This document shows, in pieces, positions 1 to 12,075 of a DNA stretch of 64,000 bases. The position numbers and the translations under genes are program-made. The notes beneath the pieces are model-generated. The model had not been told where the DNA came from. It worked only from the letters and a program-made list of their open reading frames with translations, and made no database searches. The DNA is from Geosiphon pyriformis uo1 (Eukaryota > Fungi > Glomeromycota): the NCBI GenBank assembly GCA_016748015.1, contig JAAOMT010000436.1, positions 114,703-178,702 of the forward strand, written 5' to 3'. How positions within the stretch are numbered: position 1 is the stretch's first letter; the number at the start of each line of letters is the position of its first letter.

Positions 1-152
1 TATATATTATAATAATTAAAAAAAAATCATTAAAAAAAATTTAAATAAATAAATTTATTGTTAAAAAACAATTATTTAAACGGTTTTTAATTAACTTAAA
101 TAATTAATTACAATATAATTTATATTTAATATATATAATAATTGGATTATAC

Positions 153-188
<36 letters not shown>

Positions 189-790
189 TAATGGTTAAAT
201 TATATTTCTAAAATAATAAAAACATTTAAACAAAAATATACAAATAATATTCAATACAAATTAAATTATAAAACTGCAAAAATAATCTAAACAAAATAAA
301 ATTTTTTCAAAAAAAATTAATGTTAAAAATCAAAATAATTATCAAATTAAATAATTGATTTTATAATTATTATTGTCAAACAAGTTTTACTAGTATAAAT
401 ATTACAAAAAGTAATGAATAAATTTTTTTTAAAAAAGAATTAAACTATAATTTTACAATTATTTTTACAATTAAAAATAGATAATAATAATAATAATAAA
501 TAAAATAAAAGGAAAAAAAAATCATTAAATTTATACCAACATTTGTTTTTGCTTCATCTTATTAAATATGTTTATTTCTCAAAACGTTAGCATGTAGTTT
601 TCAAACGCATAAAACCAACGTTAACAAATTACATGTCTCATAAATATTATTTACAATGTTAATTATAAAGATCCAGATTAATTAAAAAAGAGTGGTTTTC
701 GGGAAACCAAAATATTTCAAAGTTTTCACGTAAAATGCGAAAGTCGGCCCGTAAAGTCCAAAATGAAGGCAAAACCAATGTTTTCGTGGA

Positions 791-2164
791 TTAACAGCAG
801 CCTTCAGAGTGAGATCGCTGCTCATCATGAAGATTTATAGTCCCGTTAGAGTCCTTTGGTGTTTTTCCTTGGTTCTTTTCCTCAATATCCATGATTTCTG
901 ATACCAGATATCTGGCAGCCTCATCAACGTTATGATTCTCTTTTGCCGAAGTTTCAAACCTGTAAATACAAAAAGTAAAAATGGTAAATTCAGGTTTCTT
1001 AATTAATATAATCAATAGTTACTTTTTTCAATGTTTACCAATGGACGAATCCTTTCTCTTCGCAATATTTGATCATTTCTGATTCGGTCTTATACGAGTA
1101 ACTATCTTTTAACAGATCGCACTGTCAGGGAAGGAGAGTCATGAATTCATGATTGAATGAATTTAAAAGAAAATTATTAGCGGAAAAATATTAGTTTACT
1201 TTGTTGGCCACCAATACGGCAGGAATTGGTCCACCACCCCATGCTTTAGGAAGAGAAACTTTCGAATCTAGATCATGTTTCCATTTGGCGACCCCATCAA
1301 ATGTTGAAGATCGAGTGACGTCATAGACCACAAGGGCTCCCAAGGCCTCTTTATAATAAACCTTTTTTTTGATATGTTTTGATAGGGTGAAGAGGCAGGA
1401 TGAGTCAATAATGATTCAATAAGAAGGAATGTGTGTTGATTTCTCGGTCAAAATGGTTTCCGATCACAAGTAGAGTAGGGTAGGGTATGGTAGGGTATGG
1501 TAGGGTAGGGTAGGGTAGGGTAGGGTAGGGTAGGTAGGTAGGTAGGTAGGTTTAACTCTCAAAAGTAGGCCAGGTTTTTAATAAAATTAGTAGTTGTATC
1601 TTACTCTTGTCATATCTCCAAATCGTTCTTGACCGGCGATATCCCATAACTGTAATCTGACCACCGTGTCTGGTGACCATTGTAAAGCTTTCTGGGCGAA
1701 ATCAACACCAATCTTGGAAAAAAGAGGATGAAATAAGGATAAAAATTATTAAATTAAGTTTAAATATAGATAAAAAAAATGAATTCTTTCAATGAAATTT
1801 ATTCCCAATGGTAAATAAAGAATTCTTGAGAATTCAGTGTAAAAAAGTATTAAAAAATGCAACTAAAGTGATATTTTTTCTCTCATTACATTTTAACTTA
1901 CCGTACTCTTATAGTGCACTGAGAATATGTTGTGAACATAACGTTTAATGATACTCGTCTTTCCAGTACCCAAGTCACCGACGACAAGAATTTTGTAGAG
2001 GTATTCCTTAATTTCTGGTGGTTGATATGACTTTTTTTTTATAGAATTTTTATTTTTAAAATTTTTGTATAGAATTTAAGAATTCCAAACCCAAGATGGT
2101 ATAAAGGTATTAAAATAAAGGTATTTAAAAATTTGTTCTTTATTATAGAAACTCTGATTACCAT
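791..2164 (-). CDS. RAB32: Rab32/Rab38/Rab29-subfamily small GTPase, 6 exons (2164-2162, 2030-1902, 1712-1605, 1361-1200, 1121-1039, 959-791), about 217 aa
   Basis: Spliced translation gives [15 protein letters not shown] (G1), [15 protein letters not shown] (G3; WDIAGQE is the Rab32/38/29 signature), ANKCD (G4), FETSAK (G5) and a C-terminal CC prenylation motif. All introns are GT-AG and keep frame. Confidence 0.9.
1471..1550 (+). repeat. (TAGGG)n/(TAGG)n microsatellite inside Rab intron 3
   Basis: Tandem tagggtagggtatggtaggg...taggtaggtagg seen directly. Confidence 0.9.
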
Positions 2165-2425
2165 AACGCTTAAATTTACTATTTCCCAGGTTGTTGTTGT
2201 TGTATTTTTTTGGGTCAAAAAGAAGAGGGGTTTAGATAAGGAGCAACCATAATTTTAAATATGCGTGTGGTAAATAAAATTTTGATCACATGTCCATACA
2301 AATATACATATATATATATATATATGATGGGAATGATAAGGGAAATCTCATTTATAAATGAAAAAAGTTTTTACCCAGTACTTTTTTTAACCAACTTTTT
2401 CCTTTTCGTTTATAAACAAAATACA
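2165..2425. promoter_or_regulatory. Putative bidirectional promoter between the Rab32-like and LAMTOR5-like genes
   Basis: Only about 260 bp separate two divergent ATGs. No specific motif identified. Confidence 0.5.
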
Positions 2426-3284
2426 ATGGAGGATAAGATAGAAATATTGATTGAAAAATTGTGAGTAAATATTTAATAAAATAATGAGTTTATAATTATC
2501 CACTAAAATTTATGTACGTGTCTATGTTTTATGAAAGGTATAAAACTGATGGAGTGAAAGGTGTTTTAATAGCCGACCAAAACGGTTTATGCTTAGGAGG
2601 TATTTAAAAAATTCAGTAATTGAAAATTGTTTTTATTTATTTATTTATTTATTAGGGGGGGTTTTTTTTTCCAAAAGAGTTTTTTTAATGAATGATAATT
2701 ATATTAATATATATTTTTGAATTAATCAAAAAAAAAACAAAAAACAAAAAAGCACGAGGGATAGGTCACGCTTCTTCGGCAGGATTTATAACAGCAATTG
2801 CTTCTAACGCAAAATCTTTATATAAACTTGATGAACAACAACGAAGAGCAAAGAATGATGGTATTATTATTAATAGTGGAAATTCTGTTGGTGGAGTGGT
2901 AGGTGGAATTGAAACAGGTCATGATACTAGTGTGGGTGTTGAAAATATTCTATTGCAGCAAGAACAAATAGGTATTATAAGTAATATTATTAGTAATAGT
3001 AGTAGTAGTAGTAGTAGTGGTATTAGTAATAGTAATAGTAGTAATAGTAATAGTAATAATAATAATAATATTATTAGTATAGGTGATTCTTTACAGAAAT
3101 TGACACCTTTGGCACCTACGATTAAGATAGAAACTGAGGCAAATAGGTAAGTAAGATTTTTGAATTTTATAAAATCAAAAGGTATCAAATTTAATTTCTA
3201 ATTATATATTTTTAACAAATAATTTTAATAAGGACGATATTAATACATAGTGAAGGGAATCATACTCTTGCAATATTTAAATGA
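2426..3284 (+). CDS. LAMTOR5: LAMTOR5/HBXIP-like Ragulator subunit, 4 exons (2426-2460, 2538-2599, 2753-3146, 3233-3284), about 180 aa with a low-complexity insert
   Basis: Spliced product MEDKIEILIEKLYKTDGVKGVLIADQNGLCLGARGIGHASSAGFITAIASNAKSL...PTIKIETEANRTILIHSEGNHTLAIFK matches the LAMTOR5 roadblock pattern (GVLxxDxxGLxLGxRG...AGxI...TxAxxK). GT-AG introns keep frame. Confidence 0.8.
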
Positions 3285-3654
3285 TTAGGTGGACAAGAGT
3301 CGTCATGTGTATTTTATCTTATCAATCGGTTCCCGGATGTAAATCCTTTTTGGGTGAAAAGTAGAGGATTAGGATCGACTTTTCACTTATCATTTTATAT
3401 AAATTATTTTAGTATTCTTTATTACTATAAATTTTCAAATTTGAAGTTAAAATTGAAATGGGGGAAGTTAAATTTTAAAAAGTTTCATATTTTTCTTAAT
3501 GATGAAAGAATATATATATAAACTGAAAAATTTTTCAAGTTTTTCAAGTAAATCACACAAATCAAAAAATTAAATTTTAAACTTTTTTTTTTTTTTCTAT
3601 TAGAGAAAATAAAGCTTCTTTCGTTTCAGGGAAAAATTATCTAATCAAAAAAAG

Positions 3655-3656
<2 letters not shown>

Positions 3657-3741
<85 letters not shown>
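3657..3741 (+). repeat. (AAT)n microsatellite abutting the assembly gap
   Basis: Perfect aat repeats. Confidence 0.95.
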
Positions 3742-4145
3742 NNNNNNNNNNNNNNNNNNNNNNNNNNNNNNNNNNNNNNNNNNNNNNNNNNNNNNNNNNN
3801 NNNNNNNNNNNNNNNNNNNNNNNNNNNNNNNNNNNNNNNNNNNNNNNNNNNNNNNNNNNNNNNNNNNNNNNNNNNNNNNNNNNNNNNNNNNNNNNNNNNN
3901 NNNNNNNNNNNNNNNNNNNNNNNNNNNNNNNNNNNNNNNNNNNNNNNNNNNNNNNNNNNNNNNNNNNNNNNNNNNNNNNNNNNNNNNNNNNNNNNNNNNN
4001 NNNNNNNNNNNNNNNNNNNNNNNNNNNNNNNNNNNNNNNNNNNNNNNNNNNNNNNNNNNNNNNNNNNNNNNNNNNNNNNNNNNNNNNNNNNNNNNNNNNN
4101 NNNNNNNNNNNNNNNNNNNNNNNNNNNNNNNNNNNNNNNNNNNNN
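3742..4145. other. Assembly gap (N run)
   Basis: Run of n characters. Confidence 1.
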
Positions 4146-4726
4146 TTTTTTTTTTTTTTTTTTTCTAAAAATTATTCTTTGCAAATTTTACTTTGAAAAT
4201 AATTTTTATTGGCTTTTTCTTGATCAAATTTCACTTTTTTCTAAAAATTATTCTTTGCGAATTTTACTTTTAAAATAATTTTTCTTTGTCAAATTTCATT
4301 TCTTTCTAAAGATTATCCTTTGTAATCTAAATAAATTTGAAATTATGATACCCGCAACTTTTTACCTGCTTCTTTATTTTGATATAATTTTACATAATAA
4401 TTAATCCTAAACTCGAAAACTTTTTTAATATTTTAACCTCAAGACCTAAATTTATTTTCTACCCCCCTCCCCAAACGAATCACTCTAAATATCTCCTATG
4501 ATGATCATTTATCAGCAACCCAATTTTTGACCCTCCAAAAATCATTTTAGACTCATTTCAAAAGATGCTTATAAAAATAAATCTCATCAATGATTTCACA
4601 ACAAGGATCTTTAAAGCATTGATCTATCAATTTTTTTTTACGCGACATGCCAGATGATCATTCAACAAGAACCATAAAAACTTGATTTCCTTTCCTTAAA
4701 GGTCACAATTAGGCGTTGATTTCGCC

Positions 4727-4727
<1 letters not shown>

Positions 4728-4789
<62 letters not shown>

Positions 4790-4802
4790 TTACTACTACT
4801 AC

Positions 4803-4847
<45 letters not shown>

Positions 4848-4997
4848 TACTACTATTCTTACTATTACTACTACTATTATTACTATTACTACTATTATTA
4901 TTACTATTATTATTATTACTATTATTATTACTATTATTACTACTACTACTACTACTACTATTACCACTACTACTACTACTACTACTACAACTACAAC
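4728..4997 (+). repeat. Compound (TAC)n/(TAT)n microsatellite
   Basis: About 270 bp of tac/tat triplets; explains the spurious poly-Y and poly-V/I ORFs. Confidence 0.95.
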
Positions 4998-5608
4998 TTG
5001 CTACTTTTCACCTTTACATTCCTGCATGTTATTATTTCCTGCCTTTTCAATGATTGCATATAGAAAATAATCATAATTCTATCTAAATATATAAAAATAA
5101 AAAAAAAAGATTTATATTAATTTTATCTAGGTAATGTTTCTATAAACTATCCGAAATTCTACATCTCTTTTCCACATACTTGTTTTTTAATAATTTTTAT
5201 CACTCTGCGCAGGACGTTTGGATGCGTATCTGATTAATTAAAAGATTATTTCTCGTCAAAAGTTTTTAATAATTTATTAAAGGTAATTTATGTTCAAATT
5301 ATCATCATAAATATTTCAAAAGTGCTATTATTTTATAACCACCATCACCACCACAACCACTAAAACCACTACAACCAACCCACCTTGCTTTATCCTTTAT
5401 TGCATTATGAAAAATATTAAAAATCTCGCTTTTTCTCTATAATTTTTTAAAATTTATGAGAAAATTACGAAAATCACCGCTTTCACTAAAATATCTAACG
5501 AAATTCTTTTATTCATTCATATTTCTACTGGTTTATTCCTAAATATCTTATCAAAATTCCAAAGGCTTATAATAATTTCATAGATTAATTTATTCATAGA
5601 TTTTAGAA

Positions 5609-8237
5609 ATGCTCTATGATTCAGGTAATTTTTTTTTTGACCATTCTTTATAAACATCTTGTGATATTTCTATTATTATTACTACTTTTTACAAAAAATT
5701 TTTTGTCCAGCTAAGCTTCAATCAATCCTCAGCTCTCCTTTTATTGAAAATTTTATCACCCAAGAAATGTCACCAGAAGATTCAAATTCATCACCAGAAT
5801 CTTCCCCATTTGTGGCGAACAGAAACATTTCCACTATACCATCAAATATCCCAAACTTTCCTAATCACGTCTATCACCATGATAGTTCAACATCATTTTT
5901 TCATACAGTTCATAACCTTCAAGGAAACACCAAAGAACTTTATTTTACTAACCGTACCTCCTTCTCCGATAATCAAACTTCGAATTCGCAACACTCTACT
6001 TTCCTTGACCAACAGCCTCAAGAAAATAATTCTTACAATAAATCGGAATTCGAACAAAATGCTAAAGTATCCGAGATTCAAAAGGATGATTTCTCTGCAT
6101 CCTCGGATACCTTTGTTAGAGATATGAATAATCAACCAATAGGTAAAATTCCAAGGTTTTCTTTATTTCTTCAACCAATTAATATATATATATATATCTC
6201 TCCTCTCTCACTCTCTCTCTCTCTCTCTTTCTCTCTTTCTCTCTTTCTCTCTCATATTGATTAATCATATTTACATTAAAACCAGACCCCCAAGGTCAGG
6301 AAAAAAAATCGCACAGCTCTAATCAATATTTTGATAATTTGGGTTTTAAAGAAGACGAACATTTATTCGACAACGAAAATAATTTTCTTTTAGAAAACAT
6401 ATCACAAGAAAAAGATGATAAACAAATCTCTTTGCAACAAAACTCCTTAACCCCAAAAGATGATAATATGGGTTTATCAAAGACATTAGGACCTACTATA
6501 TCATTTAACTCTCCGAATACACCTACAATTCAACCTGAAGACCGGTATGCCTCTTACTTCGTTTACGACATTGATGGCTCTTTAACTTTAACCAACCCTT
6601 TCGACCAAGAGCCATCCACTTATACTCTACCGAATGGTCCTCTATTTCTCTCTAATTTCGATAGCAACGTATGTCCCAATCCTTCTCAACAATCGCATAA
6701 TCTCCTTCCCAATGAAATTGCCGATGAACGAGATCATTCCCAAGTCTTGGAGTGGCAACAAATAACACCTCAAGCCTCGGAATATACGTCCCAAAACTCA
6801 TCAGATCTTTCACAAGACGACAAATTTTCAGGAATTCCTGAGGATGGTTGTTATGAACCTGACAAAAATCTTGGTATTAATTCAAACCTTTCTTTTTTAA
6901 CTCCATATGCCAAATTTTTTTCTTCAAACTTTTACCTTAACCATTTCCTTCATAGCTGAAACTCTTTCATCTTTGCCATCGGTACTCGAGCCAGCTAATC
7001 CGTATTTCCTTCCCATAAAAAATCAAAATCCTTCCTTTGTCGAGGAAAATCATGTCTTCAAAGAAAAAATCTCGCAACATATCACAAGAATGGCCACCGA
7101 GCAAATTTCAGTTCCTTGGCCATTAAATATGGCCGATAACTATTCTGCTTTTTGGCGATCGATTCAACCCCAAAATCCACGACAGGAATCCCCGTTTATC
7201 AACGAATCCTTACCAGAAGTTCCATTATATTTCTGGAATAATCATCCCAATTTGTCTTCTTTAAGAACACTGACACCCTCGCCAAAACAATTGCGGAAAC
7301 ATTCTATGCCAATTGACCCTAGTCTAAATCCAAAAAGCCCTTTAGCCAGTCCAATGCTTTCTCGTTCATTCCATTTTTCAAAAAATCACGAACAAGATGT
7401 TACTCCTCATACTCTAGAAGGTCCTTTACCTAAACGTACAAAGTCATCAAAAATTCATCAAAAATCTACGCTGAACGGCTATGAATTTCCATCGCCTATA
7501 GCGTTTCAGAATCAATTTGTCCCTTCGATACCTCCAGGGCATTCACTTCATTCTCCGATTGCATATCCTACGACAACCATACAAAACTCACAACATTATC
7601 ATTATCACCAAAACTTTGAACACCCATTGGTCCCAAAAGAATATGCCAAAGCTTTCGAAGAAGAAGAGTCTCTGGATACTCCTGAACCACCTTTTGACGC
7701 TAATGATACTAGGCCTGAGGCTCGACCACGTCGACAAAGAACGAGATATTCAGGTGATTTATATACTCCCAAGTGGGTCCGTTTAGACGGTCAAGCGAAG
7801 GAAGGATATTGTGAACAATGTGAACCTGGAAAATGGTTGCAGCTCAAGAATAGCGCGTATTGGTAAGAGAGAGAAGATGCAATATCCAAGGTTCTTTTTC
7901 TTTTTTTTTTTAACAAAATTAGTAAATTCTTTTATTTCATAGGTATCATAAGCAATTCTACCATGGTATCTCTTCGGTCTCTGGCAAATTCTTTGTGCCA
8001 CCACTTAATACACGTTCAGCCTCACCTAATTCCTCCTTTGGCATGTTTTCTAATAATTCAACTTCGAATTCGAATTCAAATCCTTCAACTGAAGGTCTCT
8101 GTCATCAGTGTCATCAATGGGTCCCTCTAACAAGCGCCAAGAAAAAAACGACTGCCTCTTCGGTTTTATGGTTTCGTCATGCTCACAAATGCCACGTTTA
8201 CATAAAACCAAAGAATCCGCCCACTAGAAGAAAGTAA
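5609..8237 (+). CDS. Rua1/Meu26-like (DUF4451, Rua1 C-terminal domain) putative transcription regulator, 5 exons (5609-5624, 5711-6142, 6286-6873, 6956-7862, 7943-8237)
   Basis: ORF segments join in frame via GT-AG introns. A long S/P/N/Q-rich N-terminus precedes DLYTPKWVR..KEGYCEQC...WLQLKNSAYWYHKQFYHGISSVSG...EGLCHQCHQW...WFRHAHKCH, the Cys/His pattern of the Rua1_C family. Confidence 0.8.
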
Positions 8238-9314
8238 AATACAAAAATTGATAACAAGGTATAACTAAAATATCAAGTTGATATTGTTACCAAGAACTTT
8301 TGCAAAAATGGGAACATTGGCCTTGCTGGAGACTTCAACAAAATTCATTATCCATAAAATATGTGATAAATATCTTCTTTCAAGAAACGCGTTCCCTCTG
8401 TAAAAATTAGCTCCTAATAACATCTTGAATAAAAACGGTTCAATTATATTTTTGCGTTATTAGAAAAAAGCTCACTTAATTTTCTCGTTATCGTGAAGTG
8501 AAATTCCGAACCCAAATTCATCACAAAACGAATTTTTCCTTTATCGCTGCAAAAACTAGACACTCATTTTATTGTTCATGATGACTTTAAAAGTGATGGT
8601 GGGAGGAAGAACTTTATATTTCATTATCGACCTATCCTTTGTTCAAGCATCGTGATTCGATGAAGAAAACAATATTTTATAACGGATGTTAAAATCCTTT
8701 TTTAGGCTTTTGTTGCAACGAATACCAAAATCAAGAAAATTGACATCAAATTGATCCAGTAATTAGGCAAGAAGCTTAAACCTGAAAAATGGTCAAGTAA
8801 TAAAAAGTAACAGTATAAAAAAATTGATAAACTCCTACAAAAGGTTTAAAATATTGTATTTCTCTCAAAGTTAAAAGATTTTTAAGTTATATTTCTGAAT
8901 TGATATAATGTTTTTTAGTTAATTACCACTTATTTAAATTCTTATCCCAGAACACAAAAACTGTTATTCTTCTTTCTTTTTTTTCCGAAATAAAATTTCT
9001 CAAAAATAAAAGAAAGAATAATAAAAGAAAGAATAATAAAAGTTTATACATTAAAAATAAATGAATATATATATTAAAAAAGCAAAATATAGATTTTATC
9101 AATACTTATAAAATTGATTATATATATAAATACAATTTAAGGATTTTTTTTGATTTTTTTTTGATAATTTTAATGATAAAAACATACTTTTTATTAATTA
9201 ATTAATTAATTTATTTATTTGAAACTTTTGAATTACTATATTATATGAAAAGAATTCAAATTATCATTTTTTTTTTGGTCACAAATTCAAGACGAATTGT
9301 TGCGGCTTTTAATC

Positions 9315-9351
<37 letters not shown>

Positions 9352-10459
9352 TAATTGTTGTAACTCGTTCCTCGGCATTTTTATATTTTTTTCAGTACAA
9401 TTTTTTATTTCATTTTTTTTTTATAATCTTATTACAAATCATAATTAAATAACAATATTGTCTATTTCTCATAATTACAGCTTACTTTTCAAAGCATTAC
9501 AATAATTTTATATTGTCGAGATAAAAAATTTAAAAAAAAGTAAAAAAAGAACATCTGGGCAATTTTTTCAATGTAAAATAAAGCTTAAATATTAGCTTTC
9601 ATAATAGAGTTAAAATAAATTAGTTTCATATATATATATATATGTATATTTTATCAGAATAGAATGATATTAGGACTTGGATCGTGGAAAAATCTTACAT
9701 CCAAATTGTTGTCTTGGGGTTTTGGGGAGATCACTGACTCATCCCAGAATGATGCAATATATGCAAATGGTTTTCCCGCAAATTTACAGAACAGTGACGG
9801 AAGTGAAAGGGTTCGACAAGAGAGCTAGCCTAGAGTGAGTGTAAATTGAGAGAGATATAGCAAAGTAAAAAAGTGGAATCCCAAAATTCTATTCTCCTCC
9901 CCTCGCTCCTCTTCATCATACTTAAAAGGACATCTTATCATAACATAAGTCCTTCCGACTGCTAACGTTCAATATATAGCATCGTTTGCGTTCATCCCTT
10001 AGATTAAAGAGCGGAACCTTGATACAAATTATGAACTATCAATTTACCCAGTGGTTTTCTCGGTGATTCTCCCTCCCCCACTGCAAAACCAGGATCTGCG
10101 TCGCCCTGATCTTTCATGATGTCATTAACCACTGCCGTCATCTCCCAAAGACTTTTCCAATTAACCACGGAAAGGCTAAGAGCGACCATAATATTAAAAA
10201 GGCACACCAATACGAATCCATACAGAATTTTCCAGGCACAACAACAGTTAGTGTTAGTTGGAAGGATTATGAAAAGAAGAAATTCTTATGCCCACCTTGG
10301 TTTCATTGACAGCTAAGTGGGATTTTCACAATTACGAGTTGCTTGTCAAGAAGGCAAAAAATTCAGCATGATATTAAGACTGTCAAGCGGCAAGAACCGA
10401 TGAGACCCCACTGAACATATTCGGCGGCGGCAGCCACTACGGGGGGGGCAGACAGTTTC

Positions 10460-11900
10460 CTTAACTCCCAAAAGGGCATGGGCAGGTAGAGATCCTCGAG
10501 GGCGATTTTCATCCCTGTCTATTGCAGTCCCGCAATTCCGGGAGTTATACATTTCGGACCTTCCGCTTTCTATGTTACCATTACCGGCTACAAGTCTTGG
10601 ATGTATAAGCCTCATTTTGGGTGACAACACCGCTCAACTCCTCGGCCTTGGCGATCAGAAGTTGACGGAAACGATATTGTCCCCAGAGCATTTTCTAGAG
10701 TCTTTTGCGTAGTTTTCCTCCCCTTATGATTTGTCATGTCTGACACCTCAAACGACAAGATGACGATTACGTCAAGCTCGAGTGAAGAACATGATCGCCT
10801 TTCACTCTGCAGATGCACAATCCTTCGAGACTGCTTTGTGTTTCTTACGTTTTGAAGCAGAGATAGCCACTTTAACTATTTCCGAACTGAGATCATCCAT
10901 ATAATTGCACAGGCGAACAATTCGTCCAATGTCACCGGAGCCTATTTTATCCAGGCCTTCAGAGGGAAACATCAAGTGGAGAGTATGCGAATGCCAGGAT
11001 TAATAGAGACTTGAATGTGGCTTCCGCTTGGGTTTTGGGGATTTGTCTTAACGTTTCATAGATGTTCATTCGTTGGTTTTTCGAGAATATTTAAGTTTGC
11101 CCTCACATCTAATCTTGTGCGGAAAAGCTCACTTATTGTTTCTGCGCTTAGCTTCGAAGTGTAAAGGCTATACCACACGTTTATACTTATTATAGAAAAA
11201 ATTTAAATTAAAAAATGTAGGCCTAGAAATTATTTTTGTGTGAAACTAAAATCTTTACCTTGTGTCGATATGCATAGGCATGCATTGACGAAGTGTGAAG
11301 ATACGAGACATAAAAACGATTCCACAACAATTCTGATGGAATTACTTATGTGACTGAAACGAACGATTATGTGTTGACACACCTTGTCGCCTAATAATTT
11401 CGACGCTTTTTTTAAACGTCATAGGCTTCAGGCATTTCTTCTCCGTAATGCCATTTTGCTTCTTTAACACAATACAATGCCATTTGTTTTATCCCACTAC
11501 ATTGCTAAAGGCAAATCTCGCCAAGCGCATCCACCCCTTCAATAACTGCTTCTGAGGGCGGTTGGGATACACCTTGACCAGCAGCCTGCGGTTGAGAGTT
11601 TCTTCCAAGCGTCGTCGCTTGTTGCATGCTGCTATTGTCATGACTTCGTATTGCTTGTTCTGCGACTCTCTTGTGTATCTAGCTGCTCGTCGTCTTTGTA
11701 TTCTGCAGATGAAGACAGTGTTGATGGAAAGAATATCCTCGGAGATTTTGTACTCGTCGAAGGGAACCACGAGTTTTGCATAATGCAGGGAGAAAAGGTA
11801 TTGCAGGAGGTCAAGAGAGAGATGGCCGCGATGGGTAACCACAAATTCTGACTCCGCAGCTTGTCCGTTCCAATAGGACCTTAAGTCCCTGTCGTTTGGA
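10460..11900 (-). pseudogene. tnpB: Fanzor2 / IS607-type TnpB RNA-guided nuclease pseudogene
   Basis: Across frameshifts: N-extension YWN..LWLP..NSWF; HTH LLVKVYPNRPQKQLLKGWMRLARFAF (~11500-11585); RuvC-I VSINPGIR (~10985-11010, catalytic D>N); IGSGDIGRIVRLCNYMDDL; DVIVILSFEVSDM; QYRFRQLLIAKAEEL; QNEAYTSKTCS (~10587-10619); RNCGTAIDRDEN.PRG (RuvC-III, ~10495-10540). Confidence 0.85.
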
Positions 11901-12075
11901 GTTGGCCCCTGAGCCGATATCACTGAGAAGTTCGTAGGTTGAAACTTGAGAGAGGAGCCTTTTGTCGCCTGGGATCCTTTTTGCTTAGTGCTAGAGACAT
12001 GGGGTAGAGAGAATTTTTTTGGTACTGGGGTTATGGCTGCCTTTTGGTAGTTCAAGAATGTGTAGACAAATACAT
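11660..12075 (-). pseudogene. tnpA: IS607 TnpA serine recombinase pseudogene
   Basis: Across two frameshifts: KKFSLPHVSSTKQK (YARVSSxKQK catalytic-Ser motif), YELLSDIGSGANSKRQGLKVLLE (SDIGSGINFKRKGL), EFVVTHRGHL (VVxHKDRL), EDILSINTVFICRIQRRRAARY (EDLLSIxxVFSCR..GRR). The N-terminal HTH appears largely deleted after an ATG at 12075. Confidence 0.8.

Noticed and set aside
1471-1550. True telomere or chromosome end
   Set aside because: The unit is TAGGG/TAGG, short, and lies within an intron.
4160-4325. About 77-bp imperfect tandem duplication next to the gap
   Set aside because: Low-complexity and adjacent to an assembly gap; no functional signal.
2919-5063. Poly-L, poly-Y and poly-V/I ORFs
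   Set aside because: Translations of microsatellites and the N gap.
11489-12055. 188-aa ORF as a functional TnpA-TnpB fusion
   Set aside because: It starts at TTG, switches between TnpA and TnpB frames at indels, lacks the Arg of RVSS and the DRL motif, and stops before any nuclease domain. Most likely a chance mosaic.
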